This document shows positions 1 through 9,661 of a stretch of DNA of 64,000 nucleotides, one piece after another. This stretch comes from a candidate division WOR-3 bacterium. Lineage in GTDB: Bacteria > Hydrothermota > Tepidihabitantia > SM23-42 > CAYGYG01. How positions within the stretch are numbered: position 1 is the stretch's first letter; each line of letters opens with the position of its first letter. The notes under the pieces were generated by a model. The model made no database searches and had not been told where the DNA came from. It was given only the letters and a program-made list of their open reading frames with translations. Location of the stretch: NCBI GenBank assembly GCA_965648915.1, contig CBFGIV010000007.1:132-64131 (forward strand). The letters run 5' to 3'. The translations under genes and the position numbers were made by a program.

Positions 1-390
1 AAGGAGACGACCTGCTATCTCTGTCTGACCAATTTTGAGATTAATCAAGAGAATTTTCACTATTTGGCCAATAAAGGAGGACGTTTAAGATGGAAGACTG
101 AGAATGAAGGCTTTAATATGCAGAAAAACGGGGGATATAACCTGGAGCACGCCTATAGCTACAACTCTGTAGCTATGAAGAACTTTTATCTTTTGATGCA
201 GATTGCCCATATCCTCAATCAGTTGATTGAGAAAGGCAGCCTGCTCACTGACACAATCAAGAAGTCTCTGGGCAGTATCCGAAACATTGCCAAAAGGCTG
301 TTAGAAGATTTAAGAACCAGCCTCTTTGACACCAATGAAATCGCTACTGCCCTGGCCAAGCGGTTTCAAATCCGCTTTGATACTTCCTGA
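1..390 (+). mobile_element. IS transposase (DDE, ISNCY-like), C-terminal part; cut by window edge
   Basis: Frame is open from base 1 (KETTCYLCLTNFEINQENFHYLANKGGRLRWKTENEGFNMQKNGGYNLEHAYS). The RWKxENExFNxxKNxGYxLEH motif is typical of these transposases. Confidence 0.8.
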
Positions 391-573
391 TCAAAGTCGA
401 TGCTCCGGGTATATCCCCCAAAGAGTAACTATTATGTTATTATAACATAGTAGCAGGGCGTTGTCTACCCTTTTTTATTACATTGCTTAAAAAATCAATT
501 CTAATGACCCCGACCTCTAAAAATAGGAAAATTTGAAAAAGTATTCGGCAGGGCTGTTAACAAAACCGCATCC

Positions 574-601
574 TTGACAACAAAAAATTTTTGAGTATAA
601 T
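574..601 (+). promoter_or_regulatory. sigma70-type promoter of rocD
   Basis: TTGACA 574-579, 16 nt spacer, TATAAT 596-601; no Shine-Dalgarno before ATG605/GTG608. Confidence 0.75.
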
Positions 602-604
602 TAA

Positions 605-1810
605 ATGGTGCAGAATCTTACCCGTAAAATCATTCTCCAGACTGAGAAATGGGGTGCGCATAACTACTCTCCCCTACCTGTTGTCCTGTCTCGAGCCCGT
701 GGGGTCTGGGTCTGGGATGTTGAAGGGAAAAGATACCTTGATATGTTAAGCTGTTATTCGGCCGTAAGTCAGGGCCATCTTCATCCCAAGATTGTTCAGA
801 CAGCCCAGGCACAGATGAAAAAGTTAACCCTCACATCCCGTGCCTTCTACAATGACCAACTGGCTAAATTTTTCGAAAAATTATGCAGACTGACCGGTAT
901 GGAGAAAGCCCTGCCTATGAACAGTGGTGCTGAAGCAGTTGAAACTGCCCTTAAACTTGCTCGTAAGTGGGGATATCTGAAAAAGAAGGTTGCAAAAGAT
1001 CGGGCTGAAGTTATCGTCTGTAAGGACAATTTCCACGGTCGAACCACAACAATTATCAGTTTCTCGACCAATCCTCAGTATCGTTATGGTTTCGGACCAT
1101 ATATGCCTGGATTTAAGATTATTCCCTATAATGATATAAAAGCTTTAAAAAAAGCAATAAACAGAAATACGGTCGGTTTTCTGGTCGAGCCTATTCAGGG
1201 AGAAGGAGGTATAAATGTCCCGGATCCAGGATATTTGAGGGATTCTTATAAGATCTGCAAAGAGGATAAGATCCTTTTCCTCGATGATGAAATCCAGACC
1301 GGACTGGGCCGGACCGGCCGTCTCCTCTGTATCGATTATGAGAATATTAAACCTGACATATTAATTCTTGGTAAAGCCCTGGGTGGTGGGCTCTATCCGG
1401 TCTCGGTAATTCTGGCAAAAAATAATATTATGAATGTTTTTAAACCCGGTGACCACGGTTCGACCTTTGGCGGAAATCCTCTGGCCGCAGCAATTGCATT
1501 ATCAGCGCTTGATGTAATTACTAAGGAGCGCCTTTCGGAAAATGCCGCCCGGGTCGGTTCTTATTTTATCAATCGCTTGAAAGAAATCAACAGTCCAGTA
1601 ATAAGGGAAGTAAGAGGTAAAGGACTGTTGATCGGCATCGAGATCAACAAAAAATATGGCCGGGCAAGAGATTATTGTGAGAAACTGTTGCATTTAAGAA
1701 TCTTAACCAAAGAGACCCACGAGTCCGTGATTCGTTTTGCCCCACCCCTGATAATTAAACGAGCGGAAATCGATTGGGCAATGGAAAGGATAAGAAAGGT
1801 CTTTGCTTAA
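605..1810 (+). CDS. rocD: ornithine--oxo-acid aminotransferase (class III PLP enzyme)
   Basis: HNYSPLPVVL, NSGAEAVETALK, DEIQTGLGRTG, PLP lysine in ILGKALGGG, HGSTFGGNPLA. Confidence 0.92.
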   Translation: MVQNLTRKIILQTEKWGAHNYSPLPVVLSRARGVWVWDVEGKRYLDMLSCYSAVSQGHLHPKIVQTAQAQMKKLTLTSRAFYNDQLAKFFEKLCRLTGMEKALPMNSGAEAVETALKLARKWGYLKKKVAKDRAEVIVCKDNFHGRTTTIISFSTNPQYRYGFGPYMPGFKIIPYNDIKALKKAINRNTVGFLVEPIQGEGGINVPDPGYLRDSYKICKEDKILFLDDEIQTGLGRTGRLLCIDYENIKPDILILGKALGGGLYPVSVILAKNNIMNVFKPGDHGSTFGGNPLAAAIALSALDVITKERLSENAARVGSYFINRLKEINSPVIREVRGKGLLIGIEINKKYGRARDYCEKLLHLRILTKETHESVIRFAPPLIIKRAEIDWAMERIRKVFA

Positions 1811-1822
1811 TCAGGAGATAAA

Positions 1823-2110
1823 ATGGAGAAGAAATTCAAAGGTTTAAGAATAATTGCAAATGTATTTAAAGTCCTGGCCTGGGTTATTCTTGTTGTCTCG
1901 GTCATCTTTTCAATTATCGTTATCCTCGGTGGTTCACTGCTCGGTGTATTAGCAGGAGAACAGATGGGCCCGATGGGTGCTCTTACTGGAATCTTCGGCG
2001 GAATTATCCTTTTAATCTATGGAGTCTTCCTCTTTCTCAGTCTCTATGCCGGGGCCGAAGTCATCCTTGTTCTACTGGCAATTGAAGAAAACACCCGCAA
2101 ACCGGTATAA
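1823..2110 (+). CDS. small two-TM membrane protein (DUF4282-like)
   Basis: SD AGGAG before ATG; two long hydrophobic segments; ends LLAIEENTR. Confidence 0.65.
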   Translation: MEKKFKGLRIIANVFKVLAWVILVVSVIFSIIVILGGSLLGVLAGEQMGPMGALTGIFGGIILLIYGVFLFLSLYAGAEVILVLLAIEENTRKPV

Positions 2111-2130
2111 AAATTAAATAAACGGTCGAT

Positions 2131-2886
2131 ATGTTCCCGATCTTAATCCGTATCGGTTCAATACCCATATATTCCTACGGCCTGATGCTGGCCATCTCTT
2201 TTCTTTTAGGTATCTACCTTGCCCAGCGCTGGGCAAAAAGAGTAAATATCGATCCCAAAAAGATTGAAGACCTTGGTTTCTGGATTTTGATTGCCGCAGT
2301 AATTGGTGCCCGGGCCCTTTATATCATCTTCCATCCTGATGAATTTCTTTCCGACCCATTATCTTTCATAAAAGTCTGGCAGGGGGGATTGATGTTCTTT
2401 GGCGGATTCATCGGTGCGGTTATCGCTAGCCTGATATTTCTTAAAAAGAATCGGATCTCGATCTTAAAAACCGGTGACCTGATTGCACCGGTTGTGGCCC
2501 TGGGTGAATTTCTTACCCGGATCGGTTGCTTCTTAAATGGTTGTTGTTTTGGCATTCCAACCAATTTACCCTGGGGGATAAAGTTTCCCGAACATTCTGT
2601 TGCCGGGCAATTGCATACCTCTATTCATCCCACCCAGCTCTATTCATCTCTCTTTGGGCTTCTGCTCTTTATATACCTCTTAAGACGACAAAAGCGCCAG
2701 CTCCGCACAGGTCAAATCTTTAGCGAATTCCTTATTGCCTACGCTGGCTTCAGATTCCTGATTGACTTCGTTCGTTACTACGAGAACCCGGCAAATTTCT
2801 GGATCAATCAGATTATCTCACTGGGAATTGTCTCTGTGGGGATATTTTTACTCTTTAAAATTAAGAAATCACCATCAAAATTTTAA
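2131..2886 (+). CDS. lgt: prolipoprotein diacylglyceryl transferase
   Basis: MFPIL..IYSYGLM, IGARALY, GGLMFFGG, RIGCFLNGCCFG, HPTQLY, RFLIDFVR motifs. Confidence 0.93.
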   Translation: MFPILIRIGSIPIYSYGLMLAISFLLGIYLAQRWAKRVNIDPKKIEDLGFWILIAAVIGARALYIIFHPDEFLSDPLSFIKVWQGGLMFFGGFIGAVIASLIFLKKNRISILKTGDLIAPVVALGEFLTRIGCFLNGCCFGIPTNLPWGIKFPEHSVAGQLHTSIHPTQLYSSLFGLLLFIYLLRRQKRQLRTGQIFSEFLIAYAGFRFLIDFVRYYENPANFWINQIISLGIVSVGIFLLFKIKKSPSKF

Positions 2887-2914
2887 ATTTTTCTTCTAAC
2901 TTCACTGATGTCTA

Positions 2915-3640
2915 ATGGGGCATAGATATTTAAAAATAATTCGCGACCAACTCCATCTGATCAGCCGTTTTTTTATCCCGCCCCTCTGTGTGGTATGTGA
3001 AAATGAGATTGAACGCGGACTGCTCTGTGGACACTGTTACGATCAAATCATGATGGTTCCATTACCGATATGCCCGACCTGTGGTCATCCGCTGGGTAAT
3101 CACAAAGACTGTAAAATCTGCAAATCGCTGAATCCTGCATTTGACCATATCAGGGCCTGGGCCTTATTTGTCCCGCCTCTCGACCGCATCATCCATTCTT
3201 TCAAATATGAAAGAAAACCATCGCTTGCCCATCTCCTCGGTCGCTCAATGGCAAGAGTTGCCGAAAGTGACCCGTTATTAAAGGAAGCTCAGTATCTGAT
3301 CCCGGTTCCACTTTATAAAGGCCGCCAGCGTGAAAGGGGTTATAATCAGGCGGAACTGCTCAGCCGGGTGATAAAAGAAGAGATCAAAAAAGAAGTATTA
3401 AACTGTCTGATCAGAACAAGGAATACTCCAACCCAGACCCGATTGACTGAATTTGAACGAAAACAGAATGTCCTCGGTGCATTTAGTTTATCCGGTGGTA
3501 TCTCCATTCAGGGCCGATCGGTCATCCTGATTGATGATGTGATGACAACCGGAGCAACCTTAAATGAGTGTGCCCGGGTCCTTAAAGAAGCAGGGGCTGA
3601 TCGTGTCTACGGTTTGATCTGCGCCGTTGCACCGGTATAA
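2915..3640 (+). CDS. comF: ComF family protein (double zinc ribbon + phosphoribosyltransferase-like domain)
   Basis: CxxC..CxxC..CxxC..CxxC N-terminus; PVPL..RERGYNQAE; LIDDVMTTGATL. Confidence 0.88.
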   Translation: MGHRYLKIIRDQLHLISRFFIPPLCVVCENEIERGLLCGHCYDQIMMVPLPICPTCGHPLGNHKDCKICKSLNPAFDHIRAWALFVPPLDRIIHSFKYERKPSLAHLLGRSMARVAESDPLLKEAQYLIPVPLYKGRQRERGYNQAELLSRVIKEEIKKEVLNCLIRTRNTPTQTRLTEFERKQNVLGAFSLSGGISIQGRSVILIDDVMTTGATLNECARVLKEAGADRVYGLICAVAPV

Positions 3641-3668
3641 GGGGATGTTTCTAAAATTATAAATCAAT

Positions 3669-5015
3669 CTAAGCCGCAAAAACTTCTCTCATACATCCAA
3701 CAAAATAGTCGAGTTCTTCCCGGGTCCGTTTTTCGGTCACCGCAACCAGCAGATAATTCTGCCAGCGTTGATCAAATTGTCCCAAATTGATACCGGCAAA
3801 GATATGCTTATTTAAGAGTTGATCAATAATCCTGCCCGGATTATCTAACTCCAGAACAAACTCCTTAAAGAAATCTCGAGTAAAGGGAATTTTAATACCC
3901 GGGATCCGGGCAAGTTGCTCTTTCAGGTAGTGACTTTTCAAAAGAGACTGTTCCGCCACTTCTCTCAATCCGCTGGGGCCCATCAGGGAGAGATAAATCA
4001 ATGCCGCCAGGGCACAGAGTGCTTCATTGGTGCAGATGTTCGAGGTTGCCTTTTCTCTTCTGATGTGCTGTTCCCTGGTTTGAAGCGTCAGGACAAAACC
4101 GCGCCGCCCATCAACATCGGTCGTTTCACCAACAATCCGTCCGGGCATAAATCTGATGAAATCTTTCCGTGTGGTAAAAATACCTAAGAGCGGGCCACCA
4201 AAGCCCATGGGCAGACCGAGTCCCTGGCCCTCACCCACTGCAATATCTGCCTTATAATCTCCGGGCGGAGAAAGTAATCCCAAAGAGATTGGATCAAAAC
4301 TGACAACCAAGAGCGCCCCTTGATTATGGACGATCTTCTCAATCTCAAAAACTTCTTCCAGGATGCCAAAAAAGTTAGGATGCTGAATCGCCACACAGGC
4401 GGTATCGGCGTCAATCTTCTTCTGCAAAATTTCAAGGTCAACCGCCCCATCTTTATTGCTTATTATCTCCACCGGGGTCTCAGTTCCTGCTGTGTAGGTC
4501 CGCACCACCATCTGGTGAAGGGGATTGACTGTTTCAGCCATCAGCACCTTATTTCGTCTGGTAATTGTCTTGGCCATAAGACAGGCTTCAGCCAGGGCTG
4601 AAGCACCATCATACATCGAAGCGTTGGAGACATCCATTCCGGTCAATTCGCAGATTGCGGTCTGGTATTCAAATATCGACTGGAGTGTCCCCTGGGAGAC
4701 CTCAGCCTGATAGGGAGTGTATGCAGTATAAAATTCACTACGGAGCAGTAACTGATTTATCACTGCCGGAATATAATGGTCATAGATACCACCCCCGAGA
4801 AAAGAGATATAATCCCCGGTGGTAATATTCATCTCCCCCAGTCTCTTAATAATCTTCCTCAACTCCTGTTCACTTACCGGCTGGGGTAGCCCGAGAGGCT
4901 GACTTTCCCGTAACCCATCAGGAATGATATTCTTGAGCAATTCTTCAAAGGTGTTAACACCAATACACTTGAGCATCTCCTGTTCATCCTGGCGGGTAAG
5001 AGGGATGTAATGCAT
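3669..5015 (-). CDS. gcvPA: glycine dehydrogenase (decarboxylating) subunit 1
   Basis: FLGGGIYDH, TAYTPYQAEVSQG, NASMYDG, LQTREQHIRREKATSNICTN. Confidence 0.95.
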   Translation of the reverse strand: MHYIPLTRQDEQEMLKCIGVNTFEELLKNIIPDGLRESQPLGLPQPVSEQELRKIIKRLGEMNITTGDYISFLGGGIYDHYIPAVINQLLLRSEFYTAYTPYQAEVSQGTLQSIFEYQTAICELTGMDVSNASMYDGASALAEACLMAKTITRRNKVLMAETVNPLHQMVVRTYTAGTETPVEIISNKDGAVDLEILQKKIDADTACVAIQHPNFFGILEEVFEIEKIVHNQGALLVVSFDPISLGLLSPPGDYKADIAVGEGQGLGLPMGFGGPLLGIFTTRKDFIRFMPGRIVGETTDVDGRRGFVLTLQTREQHIRREKATSNICTNEALCALAALIYLSLMGPSGLREVAEQSLLKSHYLKEQLARIPGIKIPFTRDFFKEFVLELDNPGRIIDQLLNKHIFAGINLGQFDQRWQNYLLVAVTEKRTREELDYFVGCMREVFAA

Positions 5016-5407
5016 TAATGCCCCTTGGTCTTTATAAGTTCATTGTACTCCGCAGCACTCATTAAACCACTCAATTCACCAGGGTCAGAGATTCGAATTT
5101 TAAACAGCCATCCCTGGCCATAGGGATCTTTATTCAAAAGGTCGGGAGCATTCTTTGCTTCTTCATTCACCTCAACCACCTCACCGCTCAACGCACTGTA
5201 TAGTTCGGCAACCGCCTTGACCGCCTCGATCGTTCCGACCGATTCATTGGCCTTTACTTTACGCCCAACCTGTGGCAGTTCAACCATTACAATATCTGAA
5301 AGCTCGGTCTGGGCATAATCGGTTATACCCTCAATCGCAATATCACCTTCAACCTTAACCCATTCGTGATCCTTTGTATATCTTAAATTATCCAGAACTA
5401 AAGCCAT
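5015..5407 (-). CDS. gcvH: glycine cleavage system H protein
   Basis: YTKDHEW, GITDYAQ, lipoyl-lysine motif IEAVKAV, DPYGQGW; SD AGGAGG before ATG5407. Confidence 0.95.
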   Translation of the reverse strand: MALVLDNLRYTKDHEWVKVEGDIAIEGITDYAQTELSDIVMVELPQVGRKVKANESVGTIEAVKAVAELYSALSGEVVEVNEEAKNAPDLLNKDPYGQGWLFKIRISDPGELSGLMSAAEYNELIKTKGH

Positions 5408-5533
5408 CAAACCTCCTTGATTTTTTATGAATTAAGGAAAAAAGTGTAAATAGCTGAATTAGTTCTCGCCGGGTCAATTATAAACAAAAGCAGGTAAAAG
5501 TCAAGTTAACTTTTAACCGAATAAAAACCGTTT

Positions 5534-6736
5534 TTAATATTCGAGTTTTCTCTTCGATAGACTCAGAACAATACCGATTGCCATAAAATTCACCAGCAGA
5601 GATGACCCGCCATAACTGATAAAAGGGAGCGGGACACCGGTAACAGGAAAGATTCCGATAGTCATACCAATATTTAAAATCGCCTGATAGGTGATCATTG
5701 CCCAGATCCCGGCTGCAACCATACTGTTGAATTCATTATGTGATTCGCGCGCAATAATCAGAATCCGGTAACTCAAGACAATATAAAGAACCAGCAGGAG
5801 ACTTGTCCCGAGAAAACCAAATTCTTCACCAATACAGGAGAATATAAAATCGGTATGACGCTCGGGCAAAAATTCTAATTTTTTCTGCGTTCCAGCCAAA
5901 AACCCCTTCCCGAAGATCTGGCCTGAACCCATGGCGATCTTGGACTGAATCAGTTGCCAGGACATCCCTTTTGGATCAAGCCAGGGCGAAAAGAAAGTTA
6001 AGATTCGCTTCCGCTGATAGACCTTGAGCGAATCCCAGATTATCGGTGTCAATAGGCCAAAAAGTGAATTTACGGTTAGACCGTAGATAATTTCCCCGAG
6101 TCTTTTACGGAGGAAAAGAATCAAAGTCAGAAGCACGATATATATTGCCCAGATGATCAATGAAAAACTTGCTACCATCGATATTACCGGCGAGATGAGA
6201 AGAAGGAGTGAAAATTCATTCAAGCCCTTCCAATAAAGCATCGCCAGGAGCGGAGCAAAAAAGATCTGTGCGGCCCCGAGGTCTGGTTCAATTGCAACCA
6301 GGCCCGCCGGTAACGAAACAACCAGTAAAGGGAGCATAGCCTGAAGAACAGTTTCGATCTTATGTTTTAAGCTCGTCAAAACATAAGCCAGAAAAAGAAT
6401 CGTTCCAAGTTTCGCAAATTCCGATGGTTGAATTGAGAAGATACCAATTTGAATCCAGCGTTTAGTTGCGAATGGACTTATTTTTAAAATCACTATCAGA
6501 ATGATCAAAGATAGAACATAAAGAAAGGGTGCAAGAAAATTGAAAACCCGGGGGTTAAGATTGGAGAAGATAAAAAGGACCAGCGCACCGATCCCAAACC
6601 AGATTGACTGGCGAATCAAATACCTGATCCCACCTGCGCTGTATATCATTGCCAGTCCGAAGATGGTGAGGATCAGTGTAATCAGTAATATTATCTTATC
6701 GGATTCCCGAACCATAGAGGTTAAAATAGTCTTCAA
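5534..6736 (-). CDS. rodA: rod shape-determining protein RodA (SEDS family)
   Basis: IQPSEFAK, EPDLG, YQRKRI, PERHTDFIF, TGVPLPFISYGGSSL. Confidence 0.93.
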   Translation of the reverse strand: MKTILTSMVRESDKIILLITLILTIFGLAMIYSAGGIRYLIRQSIWFGIGALVLFIFSNLNPRVFNFLAPFLYVLSLIILIVILKISPFATKRWIQIGIFSIQPSEFAKLGTILFLAYVLTSLKHKIETVLQAMLPLLVVSLPAGLVAIEPDLGAAQIFFAPLLAMLYWKGLNEFSLLLLISPVISMVASFSLIIWAIYIVLLTLILFLRKRLGEIIYGLTVNSLFGLLTPIIWDSLKVYQRKRILTFFSPWLDPKGMSWQLIQSKIAMGSGQIFGKGFLAGTQKKLEFLPERHTDFIFSCIGEEFGFLGTSLLLVLYIVLSYRILIIARESHNEFNSMVAAGIWAMITYQAILNIGMTIGIFPVTGVPLPFISYGGSSLLVNFMAIGIVLSLSKRKLEY

Positions 6737-8408
6737 TCAATCGTCCGGCAATCGGCGCCGCAACACTGCCTCCGTGGCCAGCATTTTCAACCACAACTGC
6801 AACAAGGATCTCAGGTCGATCCATTGGGCTGAAACCCACAAATATTGAGTGATCTTCACCAAATGGATTCTGGGCGGTCCCGGTCTTACCAGCAACCGGG
6901 ATCTTACCCAATCGGGCCAGTGTTCCGGTCCCTTCAACCACCACCTTTTCTAACCCTTTGCGCACTATCTCAATCGACTGTTGAGTAATACCCGTTTCAT
7001 AATACTCTGGTTCTCCGCCCAGCCGGAGTTTTGGCTTCACAACCTTTCCATAATTTGTAAATACTGTATAAGCGACGGCAAGCTGGAGAGGCGTCACAAG
7101 AATTTCGCCCTGACCGATTGCCAGATTCATTATATGACCTTTACTCCACTGCATCTTATAACGCTCATCAAACCAGCGCCGATCCGGTAACAGTCCTCTC
7201 TTCTCCTCAGGCAGATCAATACCGAGGACATTACCAAATCCAACCTTTTTCCCAATATCTGCAATACAATCAATTCCGACCAGAAGCCCCAGTTGATAAA
7301 AATAGATATCGCAGGAATTGGTAATAGCGCCGATTAAATCCAGACTTCCATGAATTTTCCAGCAATGGAAATTTCGATTACCCATCAGGAAACTTCCGGT
7401 ACAGGGAGAAAACCTCTTCTGGGGCGTGATTATCTTTGACTCCAACCCGGCCAGGGCAACAAAGGGTTTGAATGCTGAACCCGGAGGATATCCGCTCATA
7501 ATTGCACGATTATAAAGGGGTGCGGCCGGATGGTTACTGAGCCTGTTCCATTCCTCAACGGTCAATCCCTTGATAAAAAGATTAGGATCAAAACCGGGCT
7601 TGGCATAGAGAATCAGGACTTCGCCGGTATTTGGTTTTAAGGCAATAACTGAGGCTCTCGGGTAATGAGCCAAATAGGCGGCGGCCGACTCTTGCAGGGC
7701 AATATCCAGGGTCAGATTGATGTCCTTACCCGGAATTAAAGGCAGGGGTCTTTTTTCCGCAATCGGCCCGATCTCGTTGCCAAAGGCATCGACTTCCATA
7801 TAGATTATACCATCCTGACCCCGTAAATCTGCTTCATAGTATTTTTCCAATCCCATCCGACCGATGAAGTCGCCCAATTTATAATCACCAGGCCTTACGA
7901 GTTCATTTAAGGCCACTTCACCAACATAACCAATAGTATGTGCCAATAATGAGTCATATGGATAATCACGCAGAGGTTCAATACTCACGGCAACACCCTT
8001 CATATCCGGTAAACGTTCTTCAATCCGGGTCAAGGTATTAAAATCGATATCGTGTTTGATCTTCAAGGCAATCTGCGGGGTCCGCGTCTTCTTCATCTGT
8101 TCTATGATTATGGTAGTGTCCATATTCAATATTCGAGCAAGCTCTTCAACCGTCTTCTTTTCAATCAGATTTGGTATGACCGAAACTGAAAAACCCGGCC
8201 TCGAGCCAGCCAGGACAACCCCTTTCCGATCCAGTATCCTCCCTCTGGGTGCAGGAATATAAACCTTCCTTATTCGATTTTCCTCAGAAAGCTCAAAATA
8301 TCTTCTTCCTTCCAAAATTTGAATGCGCGTGACGAAAAAAAATATTATTCCGAAAAAAACTACAAAAGCAATTAGTGTCCGGCGAAATTTTATATCCTTT
8401 TCATCCAT
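6696..8408 (-). CDS. mrdA: penicillin-binding protein 2
   Basis: APRGRILDR; SxxK (PGSAFK), SCD and KTGTAQ transpeptidase motifs; lies in the mre operon. Confidence 0.92.
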   Translation of the reverse strand: MDEKDIKFRRTLIAFVVFFGIIFFFVTRIQILEGRRYFELSEENRIRKVYIPAPRGRILDRKGVVLAGSRPGFSVSVIPNLIEKKTVEELARILNMDTTIIIEQMKKTRTPQIALKIKHDIDFNTLTRIEERLPDMKGVAVSIEPLRDYPYDSLLAHTIGYVGEVALNELVRPGDYKLGDFIGRMGLEKYYEADLRGQDGIIYMEVDAFGNEIGPIAEKRPLPLIPGKDINLTLDIALQESAAAYLAHYPRASVIALKPNTGEVLILYAKPGFDPNLFIKGLTVEEWNRLSNHPAAPLYNRAIMSGYPPGSAFKPFVALAGLESKIITPQKRFSPCTGSFLMGNRNFHCWKIHGSLDLIGAITNSCDIYFYQLGLLVGIDCIADIGKKVGFGNVLGIDLPEEKRGLLPDRRWFDERYKMQWSKGHIMNLAIGQGEILVTPLQLAVAYTVFTNYGKVVKPKLRLGGEPEYYETGITQQSIEIVRKGLEKVVVEGTGTLARLGKIPVAGKTGTAQNPFGEDHSIFVGFSPMDRPEILVAVVVENAGHGGSVAAPIAGRLIEDYFNLYGSGIR

Positions 8409-8839
8409 GAATTATAAACAATATAATTGGAAATTAAAAATAACGGCAGGAAGAAAATAATCGAATTAAAATAGTACCAGAATGAAAAAAACCTCATAAA
8501 ACCTGCGCCCAGACCAACGATTAATACTTTAACTATGAAGATGGCGATAAAAATTAAGAGCATTGATAGAATATTTTGATAGAAGCGCACCTTCAAAAAT
8601 TGGATCGGAATCGGAAGAAGCGCATAAATCAGAGAAAATAATCCCAGCCGCTGTGGATCGAGGAGTCCAGTAAGTAGACCGAGATAAAACCCATAGATCA
8701 CCGAAAAATTTATCGATTCATTATAAGCCACAAAAAAGAAAAAAATAAAAATAAGATCTGGTCCATCGACACCAATATTCATCATAATCAACAAAAAAAG
8801 ATAGGTTGCAAAAATTATATAGATTAATTTTCTTATCAT
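8390..8839 (-). CDS. mreD: rod shape-determining protein MreD (putative)
   Basis: Hydrophobic multi-TM protein between mreC and mrdA; GFYLGLLTGLL segment. Confidence 0.7.
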   Translation of the reverse strand: MIRKLIYIIFATYLFLLIMMNIGVDGPDLIFIFFFFVAYNESINFSVIYGFYLGLLTGLLDPQRLGLFSLIYALLPIPIQFLKVRFYQNILSMLLIFIAIFIVKVLIVGLGAGFMRFFSFWYYFNSIIFFLPLFLISNYIVYNSWMKRI

Positions 8840-9660
8840 GGCGGAAATTTTGGTGGCCTCGGTTTAAGGTCCTTAAATAGATCGGCTCCCGGACTGGGTG
8901 CAAATCTCTTTTTTGTCGGAATCATTATATAAACTTTCTCCAATTTTGATATTTCCGCTATCGGCCTTAAATAGACTTTTTTGAAAAACATATCCGCTCC
9001 TTCCTCCATTCTTACCACCCGGGCAATGTAAAGGCCCGCAGGGATGACATCGCTCAAACCCGAACTGATCATTGTATCACCAACCATAATATCCGCCTCT
9101 TTTTCAACATAATTGGCAATCAAACGATCACTGGTTGCTGTGGTCATACAGAAAATACCGGTTCTTTTTACTTTTGAGGATACATGAAAACCGGGGTGGA
9201 GCATGGTGAAGACCGTCGAACGATTATGTCCGACATCGATAATCTTCCCAACCAGACAACCAAGATAGACAACCGGGCTCTGTTTCTGGATCCCGGCCTC
9301 GGCTCCTTTATCGAGGAAGAGCAGATGGTTCATCGTTACGAGGTCACGAGCGATAATCCGGGCCGATATAAGATTGTATTCCCTAATTTCAGTCAGAACC
9401 GAATCCTCCCTGGTCTTTATCTTTTCGATTAATAGTTTATTCTCAAGGGCAAGATGGTTGGCCCGTTCCTCAGCCCTCTCAAGATTTGCCTGTAGACGAA
9501 CAAAATTGGCTATTATCTTATTGCCGGAATTCACCGGTAATAATAGCACCGGGCTCAGGAAGTTGCTTACAGCCATCTTCTGAGAAAATGGAAGGATAAG
9601 AAAGACGATGGAAATCAAAACTGTAACAAAAACAAGAATCCTGCTTACATCGGGGGGCAC
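8836..9660 (-). CDS. mreC: rod shape-determining protein MreC
   Basis: N-terminal TM plus coiled coil, ARIIARD, DKGAEAGI, GDTMISSGLSDVIPAGL; follows mreB. Confidence 0.9.
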   Translation of the reverse strand: MPPDVSRILVFVTVLISIVFLILPFSQKMAVSNFLSPVLLLPVNSGNKIIANFVRLQANLERAEERANHLALENKLLIEKIKTREDSVLTEIREYNLISARIIARDLVTMNHLLFLDKGAEAGIQKQSPVVYLGCLVGKIIDVGHNRSTVFTMLHPGFHVSSKVKRTGIFCMTTATSDRLIANYVEKEADIMVGDTMISSGLSDVIPAGLYIARVVRMEEGADMFFKKVYLRPIAEISKLEKVYIMIPTKKRFAPSPGADLFKDLKPRPPKFPP

Positions 9661-9661
9661 A

